Source: an uncultured Actinomycetota bacterium (GTDB lineage: Bacteria; Actinomycetota; Actinomycetes; JAFAQI01). Taken from it: a stretch of DNA of 64,000 bases. Positions 49,081-60,301 of the stretch are shown here, piece after piece. Location: contig CAVYQE010000001.1 in the NCBI GenBank assembly GCA_963770565.1, positions 1,408,001 to 1,472,000 on the forward strand, read 5' to 3'. How positions within the stretch are numbered: the stretch's first letter is position 1; the number at the start of each line of letters is the position of its first letter. The notes beneath the pieces are model-generated. The model did no database searches, had not been told where the DNA came from, and was given only the letters and a program-made list of their open reading frames with translations. The translations under genes were made by a program, and so were the position numbers.

Positions 49081-50517
49081 TGTGATGTCTCAGGACATCG
49101 GTGACAGTTCTGCATCAGGACATCGGTGACGGTTGATGTGTCAGGACTTCGGTGACACTTCGGAGTTTTTGGGCTGTGGGCCGCGGGGTCGGCCGTTGCC
49201 GACGTAGTGGATGCCGGGTGCTGGTCGGCTGTGCTCGATGAGGATCTCGCCGTTGAGATCACTGACGAGGACCTGGTTGCCGTCGGTGACGATGAGGACC
49301 TGGGCGAAGCGGTGCTGACCGCCGACCATGTAGTGGACCGTGTCGAGCATGAAGGTGCCGCCGCTGGTCAGGGTCTTGAGGTGAGTGTCGTCGGGCAGGT
49401 CTGGTGGGGTTGGGGCTGGCCGGTAACGGTTCTCGGTGGTCCTGTCGATCCACTCAGGCCGATCCGGCCTGGGGCGCGGCGCCTCGGCCTTAGGAGTCGC
49501 GCGCCAGGCGGTTGCCGGTGTGACCCTTCCGGGCAGCGCCTGATGAGGCCGTTCGGTGTTGTAGATCTCATCGAAGGCGTCGACGTGGGCCGCAGCTCGG
49601 CGAGGGTCTCGGCGAGCGGCTGCTTGTCGAGGTAGCGGAACAGGGTCTGGTGGAACCGTTCGTTCTTGCCTTGCGTGGTCGGCTTGTAGGGCTTGCCGGT
49701 GATCGCTTCGATCCCGAGCCGGGACACGTGGTCGACGAGCTGACCGACATAGCCGCGTCGGGACGGGTTCAACGCGAGGCTGTTGTCGGAAAGCAGCCGT
49801 TGCGGAACGCCGTGGGCCGCGACCGCCTTGTCGAACACCGCGATCGCGGCCTCGGCGGTCTCGGTCCACGCGACGTGGGAGCCGACCGCGTAGCGGGAAT
49901 GGTCGTCGATCAGCTGGAAGATCACGCACTTGCGGCCGGCGGCCAGCACGTACTCGGTGGCGTCGAGCTGCCAGCAGGCGTTCGGTGCCGGGTAGACGAA
50001 CCGGCGCCATGCCGAACGTGGCTTCTTCTTCGGCTCCCGGCGAGCGACGCCCGCTTCGCGGAAGATCCGCGCCAGTGCCGCGATGGACGGGACCTGCGCC
50101 AAGCCCATCGCCCGCATCTTGTCGTGCACGCTGATCGGCCCGTGATCAAGACCGGACGCCTCCAGCGCCGCACGGACAGCCACCGCCTGCGCTTTGACCT
50201 GGTCGGTCAGCGTCGACGGGCTCGACCTCGGCCGCCGGGACCGAGGCTCAAGCACCGCCGCTGGCCCATCGTCCCGGGCACGTCTCCGCAGCTCGTAGAA
50301 GGACTTGCGGGAGACGCCGTGCTCGGCGCAGAACGTCGACACCGCCCCACGGGGTGCGTCATCAGGCCACCGCGAGATCGCGAGGCGGACACGAGGATCG
50401 ATGGGTTCGCTGATCGCCATCGCCCGAGAATCACGGCCAAAGTGTCACCACCAACATCACCGGAAGTATCACCGATGTCCTGACACAGAACTGTCACCGA
50501 TGTCTTGAGACATGACA
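49081..50517 (-). mobile_element. IS481/IS1202-like insertion sequence, 1437 bp
   Basis: TGT...ACA ends; 49-bp terminal inverted repeats with 45/49 identity and internal TCAGGACATCGGTGAC repeats; DDE transposase; 15-bp flanking direct repeat. Confidence 0.92.
49141..50420 (-). pseudogene. IS481-family DDE transposase with a 1-nt deletion near 49592
   Basis: HTH, WQLDATE, DDHSR, SDN, TQGKNERFHQTL; continues in another frame as HVDAFD..YNTERPHQAL...YVGNG. Confidence 0.85.
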
Positions 50518-50532
50518 GCCGACAATTTCCCG
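50518..50532 (+). repeat. Right copy of 15-bp target-site duplication
   Basis: GCCGACAATTTCCCG directly after the IS terminal ACA. Confidence 0.9.
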
Positions 50533-50621
50533 TGACAGTTTCCCGCCGGGGCCATGCCTCGACCAGAGCATCAACTTGGTGAGTGCCTCAGACCTACCCG
50601 GACCGAGACGGGGAGTCGCGA

Positions 50622-51968
50622 TTAGATCCCGTGCAGTGGGATGCCGAAGGCCGCGTACATCGCATGGAAGGACCACACGCCAAGGCCGAATATCGCCGCG
50701 ACGCACATCGCGACGCTCAAGCCGGTTCGCCACTGATGGCCCGGGATTCTGGTGATCAGCCATGCGCCGAGCAGCGCGATCGCGCCGAGTGCCGGGACGT
50801 AGAACCTGACTACTTGCACACTTACGCTGGTCGGGTCGGTGGTCCAGGTGTAGGCGAAATAGAGCCCCCAAACCGCAAGCCATGACGCGGCTACGGCGGC
50901 GGCGACCCCCAGGTCACGACGCGCTACCGCGCCGAGTTCGCCGTCCGCGCCTCGCAGGACAAGCGCGCGCATGACGATCCACCCGAGCGCTATGAAGCCC
51001 AGCACGAGCATCGGCATGGCCTGGATCAGATGCTTGGGCATGACTTGCAGGTTCGGCCAGACGGCACCAAGCGCGAATGTGACCTCGCCGGGTGAGTATC
51101 CGGAGCGCAGCACGCCGCCGTACACGAGGTGATTGAAAATGGCCAGGCCCGCGCCGAAGACCGCCGCCGAGGCGAGCCACGAGCTCACCATCCGGTTGGA
51201 GAGACTCGCCGCCGGCCGCCGCCACGCGACGATCACAGTCACGACGGCGCAGCCGAGCACCACGATGTCGGTGTAGCGGACGAAGGTCGCCAGCTCGATC
51301 GCGATGAACCCGGCGAGGCCGACCACTGTCCGCCGACGCGAGGTCGCTTCGGTCGTCAGCACCGCCCACAGCAAGGCGCCGAGTCCCGCCGCGATGAGCG
51401 ACGAATCGGTGAAGGTCGGCATGTAGTCGCGCCAGGCAAACGCCAGCGCTGCACCCGATGAGCAGTACAAGCCCACTGCAGCCAGACCGCCGAACTGGCC
51501 AAGCCAGCGCCGCGCGCCGACAAAGAGCCCCACACAGGCCAGCGCGCCGTAGAACAGCGGCGCCCACCGGATGATGCCGAGCGAATCGAACGGCGCCGCG
51601 AGGAAGGGATAGCCCGGGTCCTTCTCGCTGATGTACCGCCCGTCAGCTAGTTGGACCCACTGGTTGGGTGGGGCGTCCGGGTTGTCGTCAAGGCTCCGCG
51701 CGAGGGTCGTGGCCTGAGCGGTCGACAACGTGAGGAAATGGCCTTGGGTTATCCCCACGATCGAGGCGCGATAGGCACCGTCATCGGGCTCGGCGCTCTT
51801 CGGTGCCGCCAATAGCACCGCGATGCACAACGCCGCGAACACGGCAGAGGCGAGCGCGGCTTCCACATACGTCGCGCGGCGACTGGGCCTCCGTCCGGTT
51901 GCGGCACCGTCACTTTCCGGTGCACTAGCCGCCTCATCGCGCGTGGTGCTTCCGATCTCGCGGTTCAT
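50622..51968 (-). CDS. Polytopic membrane protein, possibly a GT-C-fold glycosyltransferase
   Basis: About 11 TM segments; acidic EPDD after TM1, PGYP, RY and RF motifs as seen in GT-C enzymes. Confidence 0.6.
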   Translation of the reverse strand: MNREIGSTTRDEAASAPESDGAATGRRPSRRATYVEAALASAVFAALCIAVLLAAPKSAEPDDGAYRASIVGITQGHFLTLSTAQATTLARSLDDNPDAPPNQWVQLADGRYISEKDPGYPFLAAPFDSLGIIRWAPLFYGALACVGLFVGARRWLGQFGGLAAVGLYCSSGAALAFAWRDYMPTFTDSSLIAAGLGALLWAVLTTEATSRRRTVVGLAGFIAIELATFVRYTDIVVLGCAVVTVIVAWRRPAASLSNRMVSSWLASAAVFGAGLAIFNHLVYGGVLRSGYSPGEVTFALGAVWPNLQVMPKHLIQAMPMLVLGFIALGWIVMRALVLRGADGELGAVARRDLGVAAAVAASWLAVWGLYFAYTWTTDPTSVSVQVVRFYVPALGAIALLGAWLITRIPGHQWRTGLSVAMCVAAIFGLGVWSFHAMYAAFGIPLHGI

Positions 51969-52077
51969 GGCTGGCTCCGTTCTGGCTCGGGCCAGCTCGG
52001 TCTACCAAGTCACTGGTGACAGCAGCCCAACAGCGGCTGTTACGCGCGTGTCATCCCGGACAGTGCACGATATTCGG

Positions 52078-52728
52078 ATGAGAGTCCTCGTCGTGGAGGA
52101 TCACGTCGCGTTGGCCAACCGGATCGGCGAAGGCCTACGCGACGCCGGGTTCGCCGTTGACGTGGTGTACGACGGCGCGGTCGCACTCGATAGCGCGACC
52201 AGCACGGACTACGACGTGATCGTTCTCGATCGCGACCTGCCGGTCGTACACGGTGATCGTGTCTGTCGACAGCTGGTGCGCGAAGATGTGTCTAGTCGGA
52301 TCCTGATGCTCACCGCAGCGGCCGAGGTCGAGGACCGGGTGGGCGGTCTCGAGCTCGGCGCGGATGACTACCTGGGTAAGCCATTCGACTTCCAGGAGCT
52401 GATCGCCCGCATCCGTGCGCTCGGGCGGCGCGGAGCGGGTTCGCCAGCGATCGTGCAGCGCGGCGACCTGGTCGTCGACCGGGCCCGGCATCGCGCCAGC
52501 CGAGCCGGCAGCCCCCTGACACTCACGCGCAAGGAGTTCGGCGTGCTGGAGCGACTAGCCGCCGCGGATGGCGCACCCGTCAGCGCCGAGGAGTTGCTCG
52601 AACACGTGTGGGATGCGCATGCCGACCCATTCAGTAACACGGTCGCCGTCACCATCGGACGATTGCGGCGCAAGCTCGGCGATCCCGCGCTCATTGAGAC
52701 CGTCGTCGGTGTCGGCTACCGACTGTGA
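52078..52728 (+). CDS. OmpR-family response regulator (CutR-like)
   Basis: MRVLVVED, AVDVVYDG, VLDRDLP.VHGD.VC, GADDYLGKPF, IETV.G.GYRL. Confidence 0.92.
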   Translation: MRVLVVEDHVALANRIGEGLRDAGFAVDVVYDGAVALDSATSTDYDVIVLDRDLPVVHGDRVCRQLVREDVSSRILMLTAAAEVEDRVGGLELGADDYLGKPFDFQELIARIRALGRRGAGSPAIVQRGDLVVDRARHRASRAGSPLTLTRKEFGVLERLAAADGAPVSAEELLEHVWDAHADPFSNTVAVTIGRLRRKLGDPALIETVVGVGYRL

Positions 52729-53933
52729 CGATCCGCCTCAGTGCTCGATTCCGGCTCGCGCTGCTCTACACCGTCCTGTTCGCGGCCGGCGGCGCCACGC
52801 TCGTCACCGTCACCTACCTCCTCGTCGCTCACTCATTGCCGGCCCCCTCGACAGCCGCGTCACCGTCGCCCACCCGACAAGCAATTTTGAAATGCCTCCA
52901 GGCAGCGCGGTCGGGAGGGGTCACAGCAGCGGACGCCAAGCGGACCTGCGTTGCGCTCTACGCCAATGGCGTCCACGCCGGTGCGTCGGCCGAGCGCAGC
53001 AGAACCCTCGCGCATCTGCTGACCTACTCGCTGATCGGCCTGGCCTGCCTGACCGCGCTTGCGTTGGTCGCCGGCTGGCTTCTGGCCGGACGCATTCTCC
53101 AGCCGGTGCATCGGATCACCGCTGCTGCCCGGGTGGCGAGTGAGCAGAACCTCTCGCAGCGTCTCGATCTCACCGGCCCCCGCGACGAGTTGCGGGAACT
53201 CGCCGACACCTTCGACGCGATGCTCGAACGACTCGACAACGCTTTCACGAGCCAGCGGCGGTTCATCGCCAATGCAAGCCACGAGCTGCGTACGCCGCTC
53301 ACGGTGATGCGCACCGCGATCGATGTGGTTCTTGCCAAGCCGAAGCCGACACTCGACGAGCTGCGATCGATGGCGGCCGAGGTGCGATCTGCCGTCGATC
53401 ATGCAGAGCGGCTCATCGAGGCACTCCTTGTACTCGCACGGAACGAGCAGGCGCGGAGTCTCACCGAACTCGTGGACCTCGCCGCCGTCACCGAAGACGC
53501 CCTCGAAGAACGCGTCGGCAGCGGCCTGAAGATCATCACCAAGCTCGGCGAAGCGCCCGTAACCGGCGACGCCGTGCTGCTCGAACGGCTCGCCGTCAAC
53601 CTGATCGACAACGCCGAGCGGTACAACGTCCCCGACGGCAGCATCACGATCTCCACCGGTATCGACGGCGATACCTCCCTGCTGCGGATCGTTAACACCG
53701 GCCCAGTTGTACCGGCCGAGGATGTTGACCGGCTGTTCCAGCCCTTCACGCGCCTCGATGACCGCACTCGACACCAAGGTTTCGGCCTCGGCCTCACCCT
53801 GGTGTCCTCAATCGCTGCCGTACACGGCGGCACCACCGCAGCGATCGCCGTCCCCTCCGGTGGGCTGGACATCAGCGTCTACCTTCCGCGTCGTCGCTCC
53901 GCCAGGACCGCGGCGCCGCCCGCCGCCATCTGA
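52725..53933 (+). CDS. HAMP sensor histidine kinase (CutS-like)
   Basis: Two TM segments, HAMP, NASHELRTPL, NLIDNA, GFGLGL; two Cys in the extracytoplasmic loop. Confidence 0.92.
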   Translation: MTIRLSARFRLALLYTVLFAAGGATLVTVTYLLVAHSLPAPSTAASPSPTRQAILKCLQAARSGGVTAADAKRTCVALYANGVHAGASAERSRTLAHLLTYSLIGLACLTALALVAGWLLAGRILQPVHRITAAARVASEQNLSQRLDLTGPRDELRELADTFDAMLERLDNAFTSQRRFIANASHELRTPLTVMRTAIDVVLAKPKPTLDELRSMAAEVRSAVDHAERLIEALLVLARNEQARSLTELVDLAAVTEDALEERVGSGLKIITKLGEAPVTGDAVLLERLAVNLIDNAERYNVPDGSITISTGIDGDTSLLRIVNTGPVVPAEDVDRLFQPFTRLDDRTRHQGFGLGLTLVSSIAAVHGGTTAAIAVPSGGLDISVYLPRRRSARTAAPPAAI

Positions 53934-54221
53934 CGGTCAGCTTCATCACCTTCCAACTCTGCAACGCGATTGACAACCGCCGTGAAACAGACACGTGAGC
54001 ATTTGTCAGAACCGCCGGTCGAGGCGGCGCCGTTTCGTCTTACACCTCGCACGCGAAGTCGGCTCGGCGCGTTCTCGTCTGACCAGCAACCCGTGATCGG
54101 GAACGCCGGTTCCTGCACGTCGGGGAACGGCGCTTCCACAGACTTGATGGGCAGCGACCGATACTCTCGCCGAAACTTGCGGTCCCTCGATTGATTCGCC
54201 GGCGCAGGAGGCACCCAGCCG

Positions 54222-54629
54222 ATGTCCATGCCGACCCTCGTTGGCTTGCGCAATGTCAAGGTTCCGGTCACCGATCTTGCCGTCGCGCTCGATTGGTACG
54301 ACCGGGTGCTGGGCTTCCGAACCCTCATCGAGTTTCCAGACAGCAATGGAGTCGTTCGTGGCGTGCATGGCGAGCTACCCGGCATCGGCGCCGTACTAGC
54401 GCTCCGCGAGGACCCGGAGGCAGCGCGCGGGCTGGGTGTGTTCGCGATCGCGAACTTCGAAGTCGCGGACCGAGACGCGCTCGAGACCTGGGGCAGGCAT
54501 CTCGACACGCTCGATGTGGCGCACAAGCCGATCTTCGACTCCGTGCACGGATCAGTCCTCGTCTTCGACAATCCCGACGGCCAGGAGATCCACCTCTACG
54601 CCACAGCTCTCGCGAGCGACGCCTCGTAG
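54222..54629 (+). CDS. VOC/glyoxalase-family protein
   Basis: VKVPVTDL..ALDWY.RVLG, F.V.DR..L..W..HLD, F.NPDG.EI; SD AGGAGG. Confidence 0.85.
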   Translation: MSMPTLVGLRNVKVPVTDLAVALDWYDRVLGFRTLIEFPDSNGVVRGVHGELPGIGAVLALREDPEAARGLGVFAIANFEVADRDALETWGRHLDTLDVAHKPIFDSVHGSVLVFDNPDGQEIHLYATALASDAS

Positions 54630-54653
54630 GTCGGCTCGGCTTGAGCCGGGTCG

Positions 54654-54899
54654 CTACTGCCGCGTGGAGAACTCCTTGAAGTCTGGGGCGTACGGACCAC
54701 CTCGATGATGGCTCATGCGCCACCTGATCCACCGAATCGGGTGGCGCCAGCCAGAGAGGTCGATCGGCTTGTGTCTGTACCAACTGAGCGGTACGCCGAG
54801 CACGCGATTCTCGGTGGGATCAACAAGGGGCCGAATGTGCCCAGGTTCAACGGGCATTCCCAGCCAGTGTTGAGGCTCGTGCTCGGGCTTCTCGGCCAT
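54654..54899 (-). CDS. Small hypothetical protein (81 aa)
   Basis: Strong SD GAGGAGG before the ATG; internal repeat WLGMPV / VLGVPL; Trp/Arg-rich tail. Confidence 0.5.
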   Translation of the reverse strand: MAEKPEHEPQHWLGMPVEPGHIRPLVDPTENRVLGVPLSWYRHKPIDLSGWRHPIRWIRWRMSHHRGGPYAPDFKEFSTRQ

Positions 54900-54991
54900 C
54901 TGTGCCTCCTCGCACCGCACGCGCGGGTTCGGTGCAGACCACCATGATGCCGCGTCGGCGGGCCGTCGTTGGGATGTGCTGCACTACGGGC

Positions 54992-55366
54992 ATGACAGCG
55001 ATTGCGCGGCTGGCCGCCGTTTCCCTCGATGCCTCCGACCCCGCCGAGCTGGGTGCGTTCTATCGCGACCTGCTCGGACTCACCGTCATGTGGGAGTCGC
55101 CGGAGTTCGTTGCGCTCGACGGTGCCGGCATCTACCTGACGGTGCAGCGGGTCGAGGACCACCGGCCGCCGGACTGGCCGAGTGGCAACGCGCCCAAGCA
55201 GATGCATCTCGAGCTGGCGGTCAGCGACCTCGAAGCCGCCGAGGGTGCGGCGATCGCGCTCGGCGCCCGCAAGGCCGAAACCCAGGCCTCGCCCGAGCGC
55301 TGGCGGGTGCTGATCGACCCGGCCGGCCACCCGTTCTGCGTCACGACCCTGATCCCCGACAGTTGA
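54992..55366 (+). CDS. VOC/glyoxalase-like protein
   Basis: LDA.DP..L..FY..LLG, P.WP....KQMHL.L.V.DL, VLIDPAGHPFC. Confidence 0.88.
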   Translation: MTAIARLAAVSLDASDPAELGAFYRDLLGLTVMWESPEFVALDGAGIYLTVQRVEDHRPPDWPSGNAPKQMHLELAVSDLEAAEGAAIALGARKAETQASPERWRVLIDPAGHPFCVTTLIPDS

Positions 55367-55707
55367 TCAACGTCGACGAGGACACCTTCGGGGAGCTGGT
55401 CGAGGCCGCCCTCGCCAGCATCCCGGACGGGCTTCGCAAGATGATGCGCAACGTCGCGGTCGCGGTCGAGGACATGGGTCCGTCGCCGAACCTGCTCGGG
55501 CTCTACCACGGGGTGCCGCTGACCGCGCGTACGACGTCGTACGCCGGAGTGCTGCCGGATCAGATCACCATCTACCGGCTGCCGATCCTGAGGCACTGCC
55601 AGACCATCGACGACGTCGTACGCCAAGTGCGGACCACCGTCGTCCACGAGGTCGCCCACCACTTCGGGATCAGCGACGAACGGCTGCACGAGCTCGGCGC
55701 TTACTAA
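55363..55707 (+). CDS. Zincin-like metallopeptidase (DUF1025 type)
   Basis: F.ELV..AL..IP, LLGLY.GVPL..R, PD.ITIYR, HEVAHHFGISD..L.ELG. Confidence 0.88.
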   Translation: MINVDEDTFGELVEAALASIPDGLRKMMRNVAVAVEDMGPSPNLLGLYHGVPLTARTTSYAGVLPDQITIYRLPILRHCQTIDDVVRQVRTTVVHEVAHHFGISDERLHELGAY

Positions 55708-55777
55708 AACTCGGGTGACTCGACCGGCCGGCCGGGTTACGGTCATCCCCAACGACGACGGAACGGAGGTGGCTGCC

Positions 55778-55882
55778 ATGCGTGACATCGCTTTCGCCTG
55801 CCCGCGCCCCTCCACCTTCGAAAGGCTTTCCGTTGTCCGGACTTCTGTCGTCCCTCGGCTGGGACGACCGCTTCGCGGCTGA
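55778..55882 (+). other. Candidate 34-aa leader ORF overlapping the rsgA start
   Basis: GGAGG at 55765-55769, 8 nt before the ATG; MRDIAFACPRPSTFERLSVVRTSVVPRLGRPLRG. Confidence 0.35.
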
Positions 55883-56858
55883 CTTCACGCCGTATCTCGA
55901 CTCACACGTCCCTGCTCGCGTCATCCGCGTCGACCGCGGCGCCGCTGACGTCCTCGGCGCGGCCGGCGTACGACGGGTGCCGCTCGGCGCCGACCTGAAC
56001 GACGTCACCGTCGGTGACTGGCTGGCACTTGGCGAGGACGCTGCTGCCGCCGTCCTGCCGCGACGGACCGCGATCCGGCGGGCCTCGTCGACCGGCGAGT
56101 CGGTTGCGCAGGCCCTCGTCGCCAACATCGACCTGGTGCTCGTGGTGGTGCCTGCGATTCCGAGGCCCCGACTGGGAATGGTCGAGCGGCTGGTCTCGCT
56201 CAGCTGGGACAGCGGGGCAACCCCGGTCGTCGTCATCACCAAGATCGACGTGTCGCCCGACCCTGAGGGCGTCCGCGCCGAGGTAGCCGAGTCGGCACCC
56301 GGCTGCGAGGTCGTGATGGTCAGCGCGTTCACCGGCGAGGGGATGGTCGAGCTGGCCGGATTCGACCGGTCCGGCACGTCGCTGTGCCTCCTCGGTCGAT
56401 CCGGCGCCGGCAAGTCCACCCTGGCCAACGCCTTGCTCGGTATCGACCAAATGGCGGTCTCAGAGGTACGACGGGACGGCAAGGGCCGGCACACGACCAC
56501 CCACCGGGAGCTGATGGCGCTGCCCAACGGCGGTGTGCTCATCGACACCCCGGGTCTGCGCGGGGTCGGGATGTGGATCGCCGACAACGGGGTCGCGCAG
56601 ACCTTCCCGGAGATCGAGTCGCTGGCCGAGCTATGTCGCTTCAGCGACTGCGGCCACGTCAGCGAGCCGGGCTGCGCGGTGCTCGAGGCGATCCTTGACG
56701 GGAGCCTGCCGCAGCGACGCCTGGACAGCTGGCGCAAGCTGGGGCGTGAGGCCGAGTGGATTGCCGCCCGGACCGACGTCCGGCTGCGGCGGGAACGGGC
56801 CAGGGTCTGGCGGACGATCTCGGCCGAGACCCGCCGCTCCGGCCGGATCCGGCCCTGA
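55833..56858 (+). CDS. rsgA: Ribosome small subunit-dependent GTPase A (probable paralog)
   Basis: TKID, GRSGAGKST, GRHTTT, DTPG, CRFSDCGH..EPGC; TTG start after GAAAGG. Confidence 0.92.
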   Translation: MSGLLSSLGWDDRFAADFTPYLDSHVPARVIRVDRGAADVLGAAGVRRVPLGADLNDVTVGDWLALGEDAAAAVLPRRTAIRRASSTGESVAQALVANIDLVLVVVPAIPRPRLGMVERLVSLSWDSGATPVVVITKIDVSPDPEGVRAEVAESAPGCEVVMVSAFTGEGMVELAGFDRSGTSLCLLGRSGAGKSTLANALLGIDQMAVSEVRRDGKGRHTTTHRELMALPNGGVLIDTPGLRGVGMWIADNGVAQTFPEIESLAELCRFSDCGHVSEPGCAVLEAILDGSLPQRRLDSWRKLGREAEWIAARTDVRLRRERARVWRTISAETRRSGRIRP

Positions 56859-56919
56859 CTTTCGGGATCCCTCGGTCTGTCGGACTGAGATCGTCGGCCC
56901 TCGGCGGTAGCGTCGGCGG

Positions 56920-57648
56920 ATGCCCGACGATGCACCTGTCCAGTTCCGGTCCGAGATCTCCGTCGACCTCGTGAAGGCCAGCGCCAGCGATTCCGACGTG
57001 GTCTGGGCGGCGCGGGTCTCGACCGCCGGCGAGGCGTCGATCGAGGCACGCGAGCAGGATCCGGAGCGCAACGCCGGCCTGATCCGGTTCCTCATGCGCG
57101 ACCGGCACGGCACGCCGTTCGAGCACAACTCGATGACCTTCCTGATCAGCGCGCCGATCTTCGTGTTCCGGGAGTTCATGCGCCACCGGGTGGGCTGGAG
57201 CTACAACGAGGAGAGCGCGCGCTATCGCCAGCTGGAGCCGGTGTTCTACGTGCCCGGCCCGGATCGCAAGCTGGTGCAGGAAGGCAAGCCCGGCCACTAC
57301 ATCTTTGTCGACGGCACGCCCTTGCAGCACAAGATCGTGGTCGAGGCCACCGAGGAAGCCTGCCGGCAGGGCTATCGCGCCTATCTCGAGATGCTCGAGG
57401 CCGGGGTGGCCCGCGAGGTCGCTCGCGGCGTGCTGCCGGTGGCGACGTACTCCTCGATGTACGCGACCTGCAACGCCCGCTCGCTGATGCATTTCCTGGC
57501 GTTGCGGACCAAGCACGAGGACTCGATGTTCCCATCGTTCCCGCAGCGCGAGATAGAGATGGTCGCCGAGGGCATGGAGGCGCACTTCCGGGAGCTGATG
57601 CCGATCGTGCATGCGGCGTTCGAGGCCAACGGCAGAGTCGCGCCGTAA
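56920..57648 (+). CDS. thyX: FAD-dependent thymidylate synthase
   Basis: HGTPFEH, RHR..WSYNEESARY, REVAR.VLP, N.RSL.HF..LR. Confidence 0.96.
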   Translation: MPDDAPVQFRSEISVDLVKASASDSDVVWAARVSTAGEASIEAREQDPERNAGLIRFLMRDRHGTPFEHNSMTFLISAPIFVFREFMRHRVGWSYNEESARYRQLEPVFYVPGPDRKLVQEGKPGHYIFVDGTPLQHKIVVEATEEACRQGYRAYLEMLEAGVAREVARGVLPVATYSSMYATCNARSLMHFLALRTKHEDSMFPSFPQREIEMVAEGMEAHFRELMPIVHAAFEANGRVAP

Positions 57649-57661
57649 TATCGTCAGAGAC

Positions 57662-58549
57662 ATGAACGCACCGTTCGGGCGCGTACTGACCGCCATGGTG
57701 ACGCCGTTCACGGCGGATGGCGGGCTCGACCTCGACAGCGCTCAGGCGCTCGCGAGCCATCTCGTCGGCCAGGGCTGCGACGGCCTGGTGATCAGTGGCA
57801 CGACCGGCGAGTCGCCGACCACCACCGACGAGGAGAAGGACTCGCTTCTGCGCGCCGTCATCGAGGCGGTCGGTGACCGAGCCCAGGTCGTCGCCGGCGT
57901 CGGCACCTACGACACCGCGCACACCGTCGAGGGCGCGAAGCACGCCGAGAAGGCCGGCGCGGCCGGCCTGCTGATCGTCACGCCGTACTACTCCAAGCCG
58001 CCGCAGGCCGGGTTGATCAAGCACTTCACCGCGGTTGCCGACGCGACCGGCCTGCCGGCGATGCTCTACGACATCCCCGGGCGCACCGGCACCCCGATCC
58101 GGACCGAGACGTTGATCCGGCTGGCCGAGCATCCGCAGATCGTGGCGGTCAAGGACGCCAAGGGCGACCTGTTCGCGACCACCCAGGTGCTGGCGGAGAC
58201 CGACCTCGCGTACTACTCCGGCGAGGACGCGCTCAACCTCCCGTTGCTCGCGATCGGTGCGTGCGGCATGGTCAGCGTGGTGGCGCACGTGTGCGCCGCA
58301 CAGTACGTCGCGATGGTGCGCGCGGTGGACGCGGGCGACCTGGTCGAGGCGCGGCGCATCAACGAAGCCGTAATACCCGCGGTGCGGGGCATCATGACCC
58401 ACACCCAGGGCGCGATCGCCGCGAAGGCGGCGCTGGAACTGCTCGGGCTCTTGCCGTACCGGACCACGCGGCCGCCACTGATCGACGCAACCGACGAGGA
58501 GATTGCCACATTACGAGCGGACCTGAAGGCCGCCGGACTGACCCGGTGA
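57662..58549 (+). CDS. dapA: 4-hydroxy-tetrahydrodipicolinate synthase
   Basis: TAMVTPF, GTTGES, PYY.KP, YDIPGR, VKDA. Confidence 0.96.
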   Translation: MNAPFGRVLTAMVTPFTADGGLDLDSAQALASHLVGQGCDGLVISGTTGESPTTTDEEKDSLLRAVIEAVGDRAQVVAGVGTYDTAHTVEGAKHAEKAGAAGLLIVTPYYSKPPQAGLIKHFTAVADATGLPAMLYDIPGRTGTPIRTETLIRLAEHPQIVAVKDAKGDLFATTQVLAETDLAYYSGEDALNLPLLAIGACGMVSVVAHVCAAQYVAMVRAVDAGDLVEARRINEAVIPAVRGIMTHTQGAIAAKAALELLGLLPYRTTRPPLIDATDEEIATLRADLKAAGLTR

Positions 58550-58559
58550 GCTGGGGCGC

Positions 58560-60248
<1,689 letters not shown>

Positions 60249-60301
60249 CCCGCCCCGCGTGGCTGGTGTGACTCATGTGACGCGCGAGATAGGCTCCTCG
60301 G

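Noticed and set aside
49090-49156. Three 16-bp repeats resembling a mini CRISPR array
   Set aside because: Spacers are only 9-10 nt, the units are mirrored at the other IS end, and there are no cas genes; they are IS end motifs.
50495-50532. Hybrid PafBC promoter driving the transposase from the duplicated TGTCGG
   Set aside because: Ten nt downstream the minus strand reads TCAAGA, not TANNNT.
53934-54221. Unassigned 290-bp gap with a 74-aa ORF
   Set aside because: No SD, motif, typical codon bias or convincing RNA structure; cannot be supported as a gene.
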